Below, one piece after another: positions 1 through 11,179 of a stretch of 64,000 nucleotides of DNA. The stretch comes from Macrostomum lignano. Taxonomy: Eukaryota. A program made the translations under genes and the position numbers. Numbering within the stretch: position 1 is the stretch's first letter; the number at the start of each line of letters is the position of its first letter. The stretch lies in NCBI GenBank assembly GCA_002269645.1, contig NIVC01000476.1, forward strand, positions 124,001 to 188,000, read 5' to 3'. Under the pieces are notes generated by a model. That model searched no databases. It was given only the letters and a program-made list of their open reading frames with translations, and was not told where the DNA came from.

Positions 1-2238
1 TTCTTGGATGCGGACGGTTCGCGATTGGCAGCTCCCCCGCACCGGCTGCGGCCGGCGGCTCCGCGGGTGCCGAAGCGGCCGTCGGGTCGCCTTCTGGACC
101 GCCGGTCTCGTCTGGTCCGTCTCCTGTTGGCCGCTCTGGCAGTCGCTTAACGTTGCTGGCGTGGCGCATGCAGTTGCTGCCGCCCGTGCTCTCCAGGATG
201 ACAGAATCGCCTTTGACCTCCGTGACTGTCCAAGGCTGAATTTCAAATGGCGTGTCCGTTTTCGATGGCTGAATTTTTCTGCGGATGACTTTATCGCCAG
301 CTTGGATGCGATGCTCTGCGGCTGATCTTGTCGCGTCGGCGTAGTGCTTCATGGCGGCCTTGTACTGACGGTCTCTGTTCCTGACCGTCTTTGCTGCAGC
401 CTGCGGCTTGACTCCTGCAATGCAGTCTTGGACTGGTCTCCCGAACATCAGGTCGGCTGGGGCGACTCCTGTGGCCGTGTGCGGAGTGCTGCGGTACGCG
501 GCGAGCCACTCCTGCAATGCCGTCCTCCAGTCGGTTCCTTGGGCGTTGGAGATGCGGAGCAGCTTGTTCAGGGACCTGTTGATTCGCTCGGTAATGCCAT
601 TGGCCTCGGGATGGTACGGTGTGATGCGCCGGTGGCTGATTCCGTGGCTTGTGACAAAACTTCTGAAGGCTTCTGATGTGAATGTCGGACCGTTGTCCGT
701 CACGATTTGCTGGGGAATCCCGAAGGTCGCGAAGACCTGCTGTAACTGTCTGGTGGTGCGGTCAGCTGTGATCGACTTCATCGCCACGACGATGGGGTAG
801 CGCGAGTAGTGGTCTATGATCACCAGGAAATGTCGACCGTTGGCAGGTCCAAGAAAGTCGATGCCGATGGTGGACCAGGCAGACTCTGGCAGCTCAGTCG
901 GTTGCAGTGGGGCTGCCAAAACTTCCGCTTGATGGTTGGTGGCCGCACATTCCAGGCACTGTGCCACCAGTTGCTTGGCCTCAGCTGTCATTCCGGGCCA
1001 CCAGACCTTGGAGTTGAGTCGGCGCAGTGTTTTGGTCTCGCCTTGATGTCCTTGATGAGCCAGCTGCAGGACAACGGGCCGCTGGGCTTTTGGGATTACC
1101 AATCTTTGGTCTCGCAGCAGAACACCAGAAGCCTCGTCAACTCGTGCCTGGCGGCGTGCAGTCGTCGGATGCTGTCGTCCCGCAGATCCCAATTGCCTGT
1201 TCTCAATGATGACAGCACAGTCGATAGAATGGCATCACGGGCCGTGGCTTCCCGGACTTGCTGCAGGGACAGGCCTCTCGGCGTCGACGCTTGCGCGATG
1301 CTGCCGATGAAGTTTGTGTCCAGGATCTCGCCGATGTTGATCGATGTCGGAGCGGGCTCTGGCTGCCGGCTGAGGATGTCGCTCGGGTTGAACGGGCCTG
1401 GCCGATAGATGACACTGAACTGCATGTCCTGGATGCTGAGCGCCATGCGCTCGATGCGTGGAGGTGGGCGCGAGCCGGGCTTGAGCATGAAGGTCAGCGG
1501 CTTGTGGTCGGTGGCGACAGTAAAGTTGGCGGCGCCGCTGAGATAGTGTCGAAATTTCAGGCAGCCGAACTTGATTGCGAGAGCCTCCCGTTCCGTCTGT
1601 GAGTACCTCGACTCGACTGCCGATAGGGCTCTGCTTGCGAATGCAACCGGCTTGGATGAGCCGTCGGACTGAATCTGGCAAAGAATGGCGCCGAGTCCGA
1701 TGGGGCTGGCGTCGACAACGAGTTCGGTATGCCGGTGCTTGTCGAAGAAGATCAGTGTGCTGTCGACTGCGATGCGATCTTGGACTTCTTGAAAAGCCTT
1801 GGCCTGCTGCTCGCCCCACTGCCAGCTTGCACTCTTCTTGGTCAGGTCCCGCAACGGCTTCGTCATGTCCGCCAGGCCTGGCATGAAGCGACTGACAAAC
1901 GTAACCAGACCGAGGAAGGAGCGGACTTCCGAGGCGTTCGTTGGCTCTTTGAAGCTTTTGATCGCCGACACCTTGGCTTCAGCTGGCTGGATCCCTTTTG
2001 CCGACAGTCGCATGGCCAGGAAGTTGACCTCCGGCACCGCAAATTTGCACTTGGACGGGTTGAGAGTCAGGCCGTGTCCCTGAAGACGCTGAAGGCAGCT
2101 GGCTAGGCGACTGTTGTGCTCCTGGATGTCCCGGGCATACACAATGATGTCGTCGTGCACCCATCTCACTCCTGGCAGGCCGCTGAGTACTGTAGACATC
2201 ACACGCTGTAGAATTTCTGAAGCCGACGTGAAACCCAT
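1..2238 (-). mobile_element. Ty3/Gypsy (Mag-like) pol fragment: RT C-terminus, RNase H, integrase; 5'-truncated, frameshifted near 1135, runs off window start
   Basis: ORF 1096-2238 has RT WVHDDIIVY and RNase H VVDASPIGLG...YSQTEREALA. After a frameshift at ~1135 the minus strand reads GVLLRDQRLVIP, LAHQGHQG...WWPGM...CLEC (HHCC), IGIDFLG, IVTDNGP, YHPEANGITER (DDE core) with no stop to position 1. Confidence 0.93.
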
Positions 2239-2675
2239 ACATATTCATATTGAGCGTCTTATTCTCATTTTGATATTCCATTTTTAGTCTATGGCCAAGC
2301 CATTCCTGCAGCCAAGACTGGGCATGCTCTGGCCGTGGCTAGCCTGGCCTTGCTTGCGATCCTATGCAGTCTTATTTTGAATGTCTAAAGTCTTATCTAG
2401 AGCGTCAAAAGCGATAACAGTCTTTTGCGCAAAGTTACGAACTCGTAAAGTTGCGATCAATCTTACGCATAGCTAACTTGCGAGCCCTTCGAGCAACCCG
2501 CAAGTGTAGCTTACCCAACTTACGTCTATGGCCGATCGTAAGTTGCTTTCGAGAAAGACCCCCCCTGGTAGCTAACCAGGATAAAAAATCTATGGTCTAT
2601 GGTCTGAAATGTAAAGCAAGATACCGAAATCGATTTTATAAAGCTTTCAGATTGCTAGTTAACATAGATAATTTA

Positions 2676-3596
2676 TCAGCTAACTGCTATCCAGGTCCGA
2701 CATGGATTTTCTACACGTCCATGGGTTGCTAAATGATGAACGACGTGGATCGCCTCGTGTTTTCGGATCGGACGCGAGCTGTCCTTGGGAAACTGGCACC
2801 AGGGGCGACACGATTGAGCACGGCGGCCATAGTAGAGGTGTGAGCGGCAAACGACGGAGCGTTGGCCAGGCTTAAATGGGTCTGTTCCAGTGGGCTTACC
2901 AGGTGCTTGTTGGTGTGGAGCTTGCTCAAAGTGCTGTTGGGGTGTCCGGTCTGCACCGGCCTGCTGAATTGGGCAAACTGTCGCTGGTGATGGAGAGCTA
3001 AGGCTTCTGACGATCAACATTGAGTCAGCAATCTCGGAAATTTGCTGGGATGACTGCTGTTGGAATCCCGAAAATGCGATACGAAGGTCCTGTGGAAGAC
3101 AGCTCATCAGTGTGGCCTTGAGGAGTTCCTCGTCGGGCTGTATCTGGCACTGCTCCATCTTGCTCCGGAGCTTGCGCATGAAGATTGATGGCTTGTCTTC
3201 TCCGAGGTCCGAGACTTGCAATACTTCCGAAACCTTCTCCTGCTTGGACTTCTGCAGAGTCGATGTAATCGCTGTTTTCAGTTGTTCGTACTGTTTCGGA
3301 GTCTGAGCGGACAAGTGCAGGGCCGCGATATCCTCCGGTAGATTAGAGACTAGGTGATAAAATTTGGCGGTCTCGCTGGTCGCCCTGTTGAGCATAAACT
3401 GGGCCTCCAGCGTGAAGAACCATGCTTCCGGGTTGTTGCGATAGAAGATTGGCAGCTTCAGGTGAGCCAGGGAGACTGAAGCGGTGTCGGCGGCGTTTCC
3501 TACTGCAGGTGTAACCACTGGTGCGGCCGAACTTGGTGCGGCTTGCGTGGTTGTAGGTGGTGTAGGAAAGGAACTGTTGCTGACACTGTCCGTCAT
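2676..3596 (-). CDS. gag: Gag of a CsRn1-clade Gypsy LTR retrotransposon
   Basis: LKLPIFYRNNPEAWFFTLEAQF N-terminal gag motif; C-terminal CRSHLYYGRRAQSCRPWC = C-x2-H-x9-C-x3-C knuckle typical of the CsRn1 lineage. Confidence 0.85.
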   Translation of the reverse strand: MTDSVSNSSFPTPPTTTQAAPSSAAPVVTPAVGNAADTASVSLAHLKLPIFYRNNPEAWFFTLEAQFMLNRATSETAKFYHLVSNLPEDIAALHLSAQTPKQYEQLKTAITSTLQKSKQEKVSEVLQVSDLGEDKPSIFMRKLRSKMEQCQIQPDEELLKATLMSCLPQDLRIAFSGFQQQSSQQISEIADSMLIVRSLSSPSPATVCPIQQAGADRTPQQHFEQAPHQQAPGKPTGTDPFKPGQRSVVCRSHLYYGRRAQSCRPWCQFPKDSSRPIRKHEAIHVVHHLATHGRVENPCRTWIAVS

Positions 3597-3661
3597 TGGA
3601 TTCGTCTTATGTGAGTACTGAGTATGCGGGTGATATCTTTCGCCGCCTTACCTGACCAATT

Positions 3662-3855
3662 TGTAGTGAAACTTTTGTGTTGTATTGTACTGTGTTGTAC
3701 TTTTTATTTGCGACTCAGTTTGTCATAATTTACCATAAACTAATTTCCTTTTACAGTTCTTTCTTGCAGTTAAGTTTCTCGCCCCAATCCTTTTCATCGT
3801 TAACTCATAAAATATATTGCAATTCAAATCTAAGTTAAGTTTTAGTTTCACTACA
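3662..3855 (-). repeat. 5' LTR (194 bp) of the CsRn1-type element, followed by a PBS-like TGGTCAGG
   Basis: Ends TGTAGTGAAAC...GTTTCACTACA (11-bp inverted termini, TG..CA); AATAAA on minus strand; TGG starts 3 nt after the LTR end (3658-3656), upstream of gag. Confidence 0.75.
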
Positions 3856-4514
3856 GAATCATAGACTGTAAGACTGTAGATATGAAGTGGACTTTGTCAA
3901 AAGAGGAAGTGAAGTTTTCAATATTTTAGACATGTGCCTATCACTGTAGTGTAATTTCGTTTTCCAACATTTCAGTTTGCTTTGGTGCGAAGCTATCCGT
4001 ACAGAAAGGAGATTCTGATCGTACACTGCTTTAATGAACAACTGTAAAAATTTGGTACAAATTTGACCGCAGGGAAGCAGTTTCTTGAGGTTAGAATTGA
4101 CCTTCACTTTCAATTGTCAATGATGAAATGGAGTTTGTTTGAAGTGGATGTAGTTTCAAAGATTCTAAGCTTGAAGTGTCGAAGATAAAGTTCCCACTGT
4201 CGAAAGAGAAGCTGAGTTTGAATGAAAATGGAGGTAAAATGGTGTACCTACATGCTACGCTCGTATTCTGTGAACATGCGTGCTTCCACACTTTTTTTCT
4301 AAAGAGATACATAACGGATATTGTATTTTTTCATTTTTACAGTACAAGTTGTTTTTATTGCTTTATGATAGATGGTATTTTATTCATATTATCAAATAAA
4401 ATATAGTAAACTAATAACTAGAGAATAGAACACGAAAAACTTATTAACCATTCAGTACGTTAGGATGGTGTTTTTATATTTCCTTTCAAACGGTGAACAA
4501 ATTGCTAGCAAATA

Positions 4515-4960
4515 CTAGGCACGCGTGAGCAATGACTCACCTGCAAATGCCTGCTCAATCACTCGTAATAAAAAGTCGAAGGTACAATTGTTAAAAGGCC
4601 CAACAAACTGTTGAGGCTGGCCAGTTAGAGTACCCGTCGCGGTCGCACCACCTGACACGATGAGAGACGCCGGATTGACACTGACAGCCGGAACCGTGGT
4701 CGGGGCATCGCAGATCTGAACACTATCACAGCGTTGTAACCACCGTAGTAGGTCTAATGCAGTGGTTAGTATACCTGGTAGATCGTCCAGCACGCATAGA
4801 GATGTTGGTGACCATGGGGTCGTTCAGAGTGTTTTTCCAATTACCTACGAAGGACGTTACCTTTTTCCAGGAAAAACTTGACCAAAGGTCTCAGAAACAG
4901 TATACCTTACAGTCCGCTGGCAGATGTGCCAGATACAGGCGAACAGCAGCAACTCGACAA
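4515..4960 (-). pseudogene. Crypton (DUF3504-type tyrosine recombinase) C-terminal remnant
   Basis: Broken frames give LFLRPL, VIGKNTLNDPMVTNISMRAGRSTRYTNHCIRPT and a terminal FNNCTFDF, matching CryptonA/DUF3504 motifs (GKNTL..M..IS..AG...YTNHxxR). Confidence 0.6.
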
Positions 4961-4989
4961 TGTTAGTAGTAAAAATTTTGATTTGCTTA

Positions 4990-5665
4990 TTTGTTGCTGG
5001 ATTATCAGCATTCGTAGGACCGCGCCGTGTACGCCTGTCCTAATCAGACTCTGAAACAGCATTCAAGGATCGCAGACTGACTTACCAGCCCTTGTGAAAG
5101 CTCAGTCCCTTGAAAACTTTTTCAGTACGTTTAAGGAACTTTAGCTTTCCAAGCCAGTCGATCCATCAATGGAGTGGAACTTCGATGAAGATTAGAACGT
5201 CATCGTCGTCTCATCCAGCTTAATGTCCTGTTCTACCGAGGAATGAGACGGCTCAACACCTTGGCTCCTGGTCGCAAACGATTGCTGCCACGTTAAATCC
5301 CACCTTCGTGCACGATGCTAGACATTCTGCCAGCTTTTGCCCAAACCGCCACCGGCCAGGCTGTCCAATAGGCTGTTTCCATTTTGAAAAAAACACCCTT
5401 TAGCCACACTGCAACGAATTCATTTGCAACGAGATTAGTTTTGCCATCGGAATCGGTGTCACAGTCCTCAAAGACAACAATAGAATCCGAATGGCGTTCA
5501 TAACGCAAAGCAGCAGAGAGGGCCATGCCATCGATACTAAGTGTGCAAGTGTTGTGTCGAAGTAAGGGAGCGCAAAGACGCGAGGTATCAGTTGGTAAAG
5601 AAGAACCTCGATTTATGCCCTCAGTATATTTGGGCCCGGCTCTTAGCCGAAACAAAAAAAGCAGT

Positions 5666-5745
<80 letters not shown>

Positions 5746-6600
5746 GAATTTTTACTAGCAAGCTTCACTTAGCAAGTCAATGCACAAGTATTTCCATAGA
5801 CGCTACAGCAAGTTTTTTTCCGCTGGCGTCATTGACCTTGCGATGGAAGTGGCAGTTGACTCTATCGCGGGACAAACACCCGGCTGTCGCAGGATAAAGT
5901 TTCCGGATGCTTCTGTGTACTGTCGATCTAGAAGTCAAGCAAAATCCCATGCTTCGCAGGTAGCAGTGGCATCGAGGACTGTAGTGAATTATCCCAGTTG
6001 CAAATGAAATGGAATCACCCGTCCAGACAGGTCTAAGTCTCTTTGAATTAAAAAATAGATCTTGAATGACGGCATTTTGGAAGCATTTTGATGCGAAGCG
6101 GCTGCGGCGAAAAGCTGCTTCCAACGTTGAATTCTTAGACTTGACAGCAATTATCTGGCGTTTCAGCCTCTAAAAACTTGACTTCTAGCAAGATCCAGCT
6201 TCCTCGCTTCGAACTACCGGTGCTTTTCGGTGTTGTTCAGCAGTAACGTCCTTGCAAAGGTTCAATGCAGGATATTTACTGCTTAAAAGGCGCGTTCCCG
6301 GCTCGTGACGGTGATTTGGACAGGTGTACATCTCATCCCTGAAGTATAAGCTGCACACAACCGCTCTCTTCTATTTGAGTTCGTTTGCTTTTCCCAGAAG
6401 GTCACCTCGAAACAATCGGCGAGCTCAGTCTTCGCACCTGGAAGATGTCAGAGAGAGTTTGAACACTGCAACGATTCCAAAATCGAATAAGAAAAATTAC
6501 AACACAAGAGACAACTATGTTTTCTTTGAAGTACATACCTCTTCACTGTCTCCAGATGAAAATGCATGGAAGCGTGTCAAATACGGGCTCTTGTAGGCAT
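4990..6600 (-). pseudogene. Degenerate P-element/THAP9-like transposase
   Basis: In order on minus strand: THAP-like RLCAA/YFRDEMY (~6330-6400); HYSPRCHCYLRSMGFCLTSRSTV (5777-6124); CTLSIDGMALSAALRYERHSDSIVVFED and FVAVWLKGVFFK (5293-5655); VAAIVCDQ (~5270); possible LECCF..LIR catalytic-E motif (~5050). Multiple frameshifts. Confidence 0.6.
5664..5726. repeat. (TG)n microsatellite
   Basis: About 30 TG units read directly. Confidence 0.98.
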
Positions 6601-6906
6601 CGGAATTGCAAATGTAAGCTTCTCACTGGGCTCGAGATTTTGTTAGGACTACTGCGCCTGCACAGTTTTTTTGCCGCAGAATAAAATAATGAGGCTCTTC
6701 GCTGATCTATGATTACTCAAAAACACAAAAAACTAAAATTACAAGCACGGCCATGGGAGTGTGATATCGTCTGATTGGTGATATGGTGATTCTACTCCCT
6801 ACTACTTTCCCACAGCTTCACAGGAAGAGTAGCACAAAGCGAAAATTATTTCGCATCGAATTTTTTTCATCAGGGTGGCTGAATAAGCATGATCATGGTA
6901 GGAATA

Positions 6907-8146
6907 TTGGTTTTGACAATCAATGTGAGAAAATGGACAATCAAAATGAAAACAGCCGTAGATCTGCATGCAGCAGCTCAGCTCAGCTTCGCAGCAGCTG
7001 CGGCTTAGGCCATAGACTTTTTGACGATCGAAATGAGAATTGGATTCTCAAGTCTGCTTTTGATCTTGGCCTTCAGGCAACTGTTGGCGAATTCCGAAGG
7101 GTTCAGAAAAGGTGAATATCCCGGAAGAATGCGGATGGGCACAGCGTGCTGCAGATGTTGCGGAATGCGTGCTGCTCGATGGAAATGCGGACCGTCCATC
7201 ACGACAATCCACGAAGCCGCAGCATCAAGACGGTGGCATTCCTCGCTCAGTTCGTCGATGAAGATCTGAAATCTGGCGTTCGTCTGGCCTCCTCGGAACA
7301 CCGACGAGTGCACGAGGCCAAACTCAGCGACTATCGCCATGCAAACAGTCACATTTGGTCTGCGCTGCGTACGCCTGACCTCTTCACCTTTCAGGCTGCG
7401 ACCCTGTGATCGTCTGGTCCACAAATTGAATCCCGTTTCATCGAGAAACACCAACCGTACTGCAGGGTCCAAATTCAGCACGAACTCTGCGTACTCTCGC
7501 CGAGCCTCAATGTTCTCCTGGCTGTTCGTTCTCGAGCGCACATCCGTGCCCTTGGTGGCCAGCTTAACTGTGTACATCAGTCCCTGTAGATTTCTGTCCA
7601 CAGTTCTGTATGAGATGTCCAGTTTGTCCGGGAAATTGTTGTTGACCCGCTGTGCCATCTCGCTCAGGGTGAGGAACGGGTTGCGGTTCACCTCTGCTTC
7701 CAGAAATTCACGAATCTCCTCATCCACCTTGCACCTTGCTTCTTTTCGGCCTCCACGAGGCATACCGTTCATCCTTCCCTCATTCCTGTACAGCTTCACG
7801 ATGCGATGAGCAGTTGAACTTGACAGCTGAAGGATTATTGCTGCGTCCTTGACCGGTGTACCTCGATCTATTGCCTCGATGAGCCGACGTCTGTCATCTG
7901 GACTCACAGGTGGTGCCATCACCAGCAAACTGGAGAGATGGCTGAGAAAGATGGCTGGCTAATGCTTAAATGTGCTGCCTCGCTAAACTAACCGCGCGTT
8001 GCCATTTTGATTGTCCAATTCTCATTTTGATCGTCAAAAGTCTATGGCTTAAGCTGCTGCGAAGCTGAGCTGAGCTGCTGCATGCAGATCTCTACGGCTG
8101 TTTTCATTTTGATTGTCCATTTTCTCATATTGATTGTCAAAACCAA
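6907..8146 (-). mobile_element. Tc1/mariner-IS630 superfamily DNA transposon, ~140-bp TIRs, TA target duplication
   Basis: TA|TTGGTTTTGACAATC... (6905-~7045) is the near-perfect reverse complement of ~8014-8148 ...GATTGTCAAAACCAA|TA. Confidence 0.93.
7005..7928 (-). CDS. IS630/Tc1-like DDE transposase (HTH + DDE_3), C-terminus runs into the TIR
   Basis: N-terminal HTH (AAIILQLSSSTAHRIVKLY), VFLDETGF, VVMDGPHFH, LPGYSPFLNPSE; 33 residues between second D and E. Confidence 0.88.
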   Translation of the reverse strand: MLVMAPPVSPDDRRRLIEAIDRGTPVKDAAIILQLSSSTAHRIVKLYRNEGRMNGMPRGGRKEARCKVDEEIREFLEAEVNRNPFLTLSEMAQRVNNNFPDKLDISYRTVDRNLQGLMYTVKLATKGTDVRSRTNSQENIEARREYAEFVLNLDPAVRLVFLDETGFNLWTRRSQGRSLKGEEVRRTQRRPNVTVCMAIVAEFGLVHSSVFRGGQTNARFQIFIDELSEECHRLDAAASWIVVMDGPHFHRAARIPQHLQHAVPIRILPGYSPFLNPSEFANSCLKAKIKSRLENPILISIVKKSMA

Positions 8147-8599
8147 TACCAATACCATAGACCTTCGAACCTTCGAACTCTACGTCTGTCTGGCCCACAG
8201 ATTATATATACTCTAGATGGGCCACTCTAAGAAAAAGCTGTCCCTTTGCTTACTGTCTATGGTTGGAGCATCAAATATGAGATGGCAGAAGTTCTTCCAG
8301 CAGTAGAAAAGTTAAATGGTTATAGTCAATACATAAAGTAAGCTTATCCATGAACACTTTTCAATTACAGTATGACTACCACAGAGAGCATGGGTAAAAA
8401 AGTAACGCCTAATATTTCTAACGCATGTTCAGGAAGCAACATGAACCAAAGGCGAACTCCGATGGCATGAAAATGTGTATGCTTATATGATTTGAGTCAC
8501 TGATTGTACCATGAAATGACCGACTACAAATACCACAGCGCATTTCGTGTGATCTGCATCCCTTTATTTAAAATCGCTACGAAGCTTGCAAAATTACAT

Positions 8600-8874
8600 C
8601 AGCGAACTCATGTAAGTCGCACCCTTTTAAACTTGGTCGTCAGCTTCTTCCACACGAAATCGCAGTGCGACTCGCATGAAGGCAGTCGAACTCTCGCAAC
8701 GCAGAATGCATCCTGGAGGAGAACGGAAATTTGATCCTGCACGGTGCTGCAAATTCGAGATTTGAGTCGCCAAAGAATCGCCATTTCTCGCAATGTGTGA
8801 TCACGCTTCCTCGATAGGTAGCGCCTAACGGTCGACTCATTTTGTTGTCCCGCGATACTCATGATGTCGAACAA
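8600..8874 (-). pseudogene. Possible P-element-like transposase C-terminal remnant
   Basis: SCESHCDFVWKKLTTKFKRVRL resembles the C..H...I...Y.RVRL tail of P/THAP9 transposases; short and degenerate. Confidence 0.35.
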
Positions 8875-9270
8875 TGTGCAGCCGCCTTTGTGTAAGTGAG
8901 CATCTCTAGTTACTAAAATGCGGTGGTTCGTACACTCACACAGGGTGCTTAGTCATGTCATGAATGATCCCAGCCAACTGATTCCGCGGACCTGCTTAGT
9001 CGAAAACTGCAGCCGTTCTTCATGGTTAGCCAATGGTCTCGGAAAAAACGAATTGTCCTTGGTTTCGTTAGGCAGAGCTTCAAAGTAGACCTTAAGGAGT
9101 TCGTATTGAGCTCCATAGATTCTCGCTTGCTTTAGGTTGAAACGTTTAGCCTTAACTGCATGGATCGGCGCTCTGATTCTTGGTGATTAGATTAGGCGAT
9201 TCGTAACACTTCTTGCCATCGCCGTCCTCTTTTTCTATGAGCAGGTCTCTCTGGCGAAAACATTTGAGGT

Positions 9271-10370
9271 CAGGGGTGTCGGAACTACTTTCAAAGTGGG
9301 GGGCTCAATAAAAAAGGGCAGATCTGAGTTACTTCAATGCAAATCGAAGGGCAAAAATTTCAACTAATGTAAGTTCATTCATGCATTAAAAAGTAATTTA
9401 TTTTCACAATAAAGTACAACCCATTACATATAACTAATAATAATCGTAAAATAACTATATATTTACTATTTAGTTGTGCATTTTAGTTTACACAATGAGC
9501 AGACAGCGACAGCAGTTTAAAAAAACAAAAATTTACAACTAATTGTACTGTACTTAGATACTCATAGAACTATACATGTATATGTAGTGGAGCAAATAAA
9601 TTACTGATCATTAAAGCAATCGTTTATTGAAGTGTTGCAGAACGCAGGTATTGCATTGATTTGATGTTGACAGTACATGTAAGTTTATAGGAATATGAAA
9701 TGAACATTTGAATTTCAATTTGCTCCATTAAGCAAGTCACGTTCATATCAGATACTCGTAATGCAAAAATATATAGCAGTAGGTAGCCAGTAGTAGTAGC
9801 AAACTATGAAAACTGAATAAAAGTCAGTAGTCAGAAGCTCCAAATTTCACACTCTGCCAAAGAAAGTTTGCCGACGGCTGTTGCGACTTACAAACTCGCG
9901 AACAGCTTGTGCGAGGTTCAGATTGTCAGTACGATTCTTATGCACATTAAGTAACATGAAGCTGTTGTATGCTTTGGCAGTCATAGTACTTCGCAAGTAA
10001 TTATTGATCCGTCGTTGGGCTGAAAATGACCTTTCTGCAGTGGCAGATGTCATTGGCATTACCAAGTAGACGTGCAGCATTGCAAGTACATCTCGAAAGA
10101 GCGGCTGGTGAATCTGTTCTCTTGTAAATATGTCATGCAGAGTTGTCAACCTTGAAATGAGCTTTACTTCAGGTTAACAACGCTTCACAAATCCATGCAG
10201 CAAACATAGCTGTGCTTGAAGATTGTCAGCATCCCAATCCACAGGATGGTACGCCATCAGTGATGCTGGAATAGAATTAGGTGCTGCTCCATTGGCCGCG
10301 TGAATAAGAAGCTTCTCCATGTCTTTAAGCACATTATATGCTTCCTGGTCAAATCTACTGTCTAGTTCGC
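9271..10370 (-). mobile_element. hAT transposon 3' remnant (dimerisation domain plus terminal repeat)
   Basis: ORF 9847-10149 has VMPMTSATAERSFSAQRRINNYLRSTM (hAT dimerisation motif); upstream RELDSRFDQE; hAT-like end CAGGGGTGTCGGAAC at 9271. Confidence 0.8.
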
Positions 10371-10777
10371 GAACTAAAGCATCAATAGCGGTATAATAAT
10401 GCTATAAATGTATAATAATATCAAATTGAGGTGTTCCTGATCACGTTCTCCTAAGCTATACAATAATGTGTATATTACTTCATCCTGCAATCGCTCTCCA
10501 GTCGAGCGAACAAAGTAGCAGGACAGCTTGATTAGATATCGGCTCTTTCTATCGGCTCGTAACGCCTTTTGAATGAAAATCCCGCACCTTAACTCAAAGC
10601 ATGCGATTGTCAGTAGCGAAGTCATGATCATCAACAATTTTGACAATGTTGATAATGTTGATAATGAAGTGGAAAAAATTCTAAATACCAGCTCTAACAT
10701 AGACTAAACTAGATGGTTAATATAACTCTCCGTTGGGGGTTTAGATAGCCGAAAGCAGGTGTTCATTGCACGTCACC

Positions 10778-10892
10778 GCAAGTCTGAGTCTACGACGTTT
10801 GCCTGTCAGTTGCAAGTCGGCTGGCAAGCGTCCCGCAGGCAAACGTCGGCTGGCAAACGTCCGACAGGCAAACGTCGTAGACCCAGACTTGC
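10778..10892. repeat. ~30-bp inverted repeat hairpin (MITE-like) with internal GGCAAACGTC repeats
   Basis: 10778-10807 is the reverse complement of 10863-10892 with one mismatch. Confidence 0.7.
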
Positions 10893-11179
10893 TAGCAAAA
10901 CCAGCAGCCGGCTTGCTGGCAAACGTCTCGCAGGCAAGCATTACTATCCCCGCGCGCAAGTGTAATAATTCGTGAATTTAGCATCTAATTTGTGAAGAAA
11001 AAACAAAACCTAATTTTTAAAGGAACTTATTAAAGGAACTTTAAAAAATTAAAGTAACCAGATCTAATGTAAAAAAAAGTTACACAACAATCTAAATTAA
11101 ATGAGCCTAAAACCAAAGCAGTATAGTAAACCATTTCCAATTCAATATTCAATATTCAATTCAATTCAATAACGAAAGC

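Noticed and set aside
809-2106. Plus-strand ORFs overlapping Gypsy pol (and those at 29425-31835)
   Set aside because: Antisense shadows of GC-rich coding sequence.
2240-2700. Spacer between gag and pol as a frameshift/readthrough signal or env-like region
   Set aside because: Stops in all frames, no protease motif, and the flanking ORFs appear to come from different clades.
10374-10700. 108-aa minus-strand ORF next to the hAT remnant
   Set aside because: No recognisable motifs.
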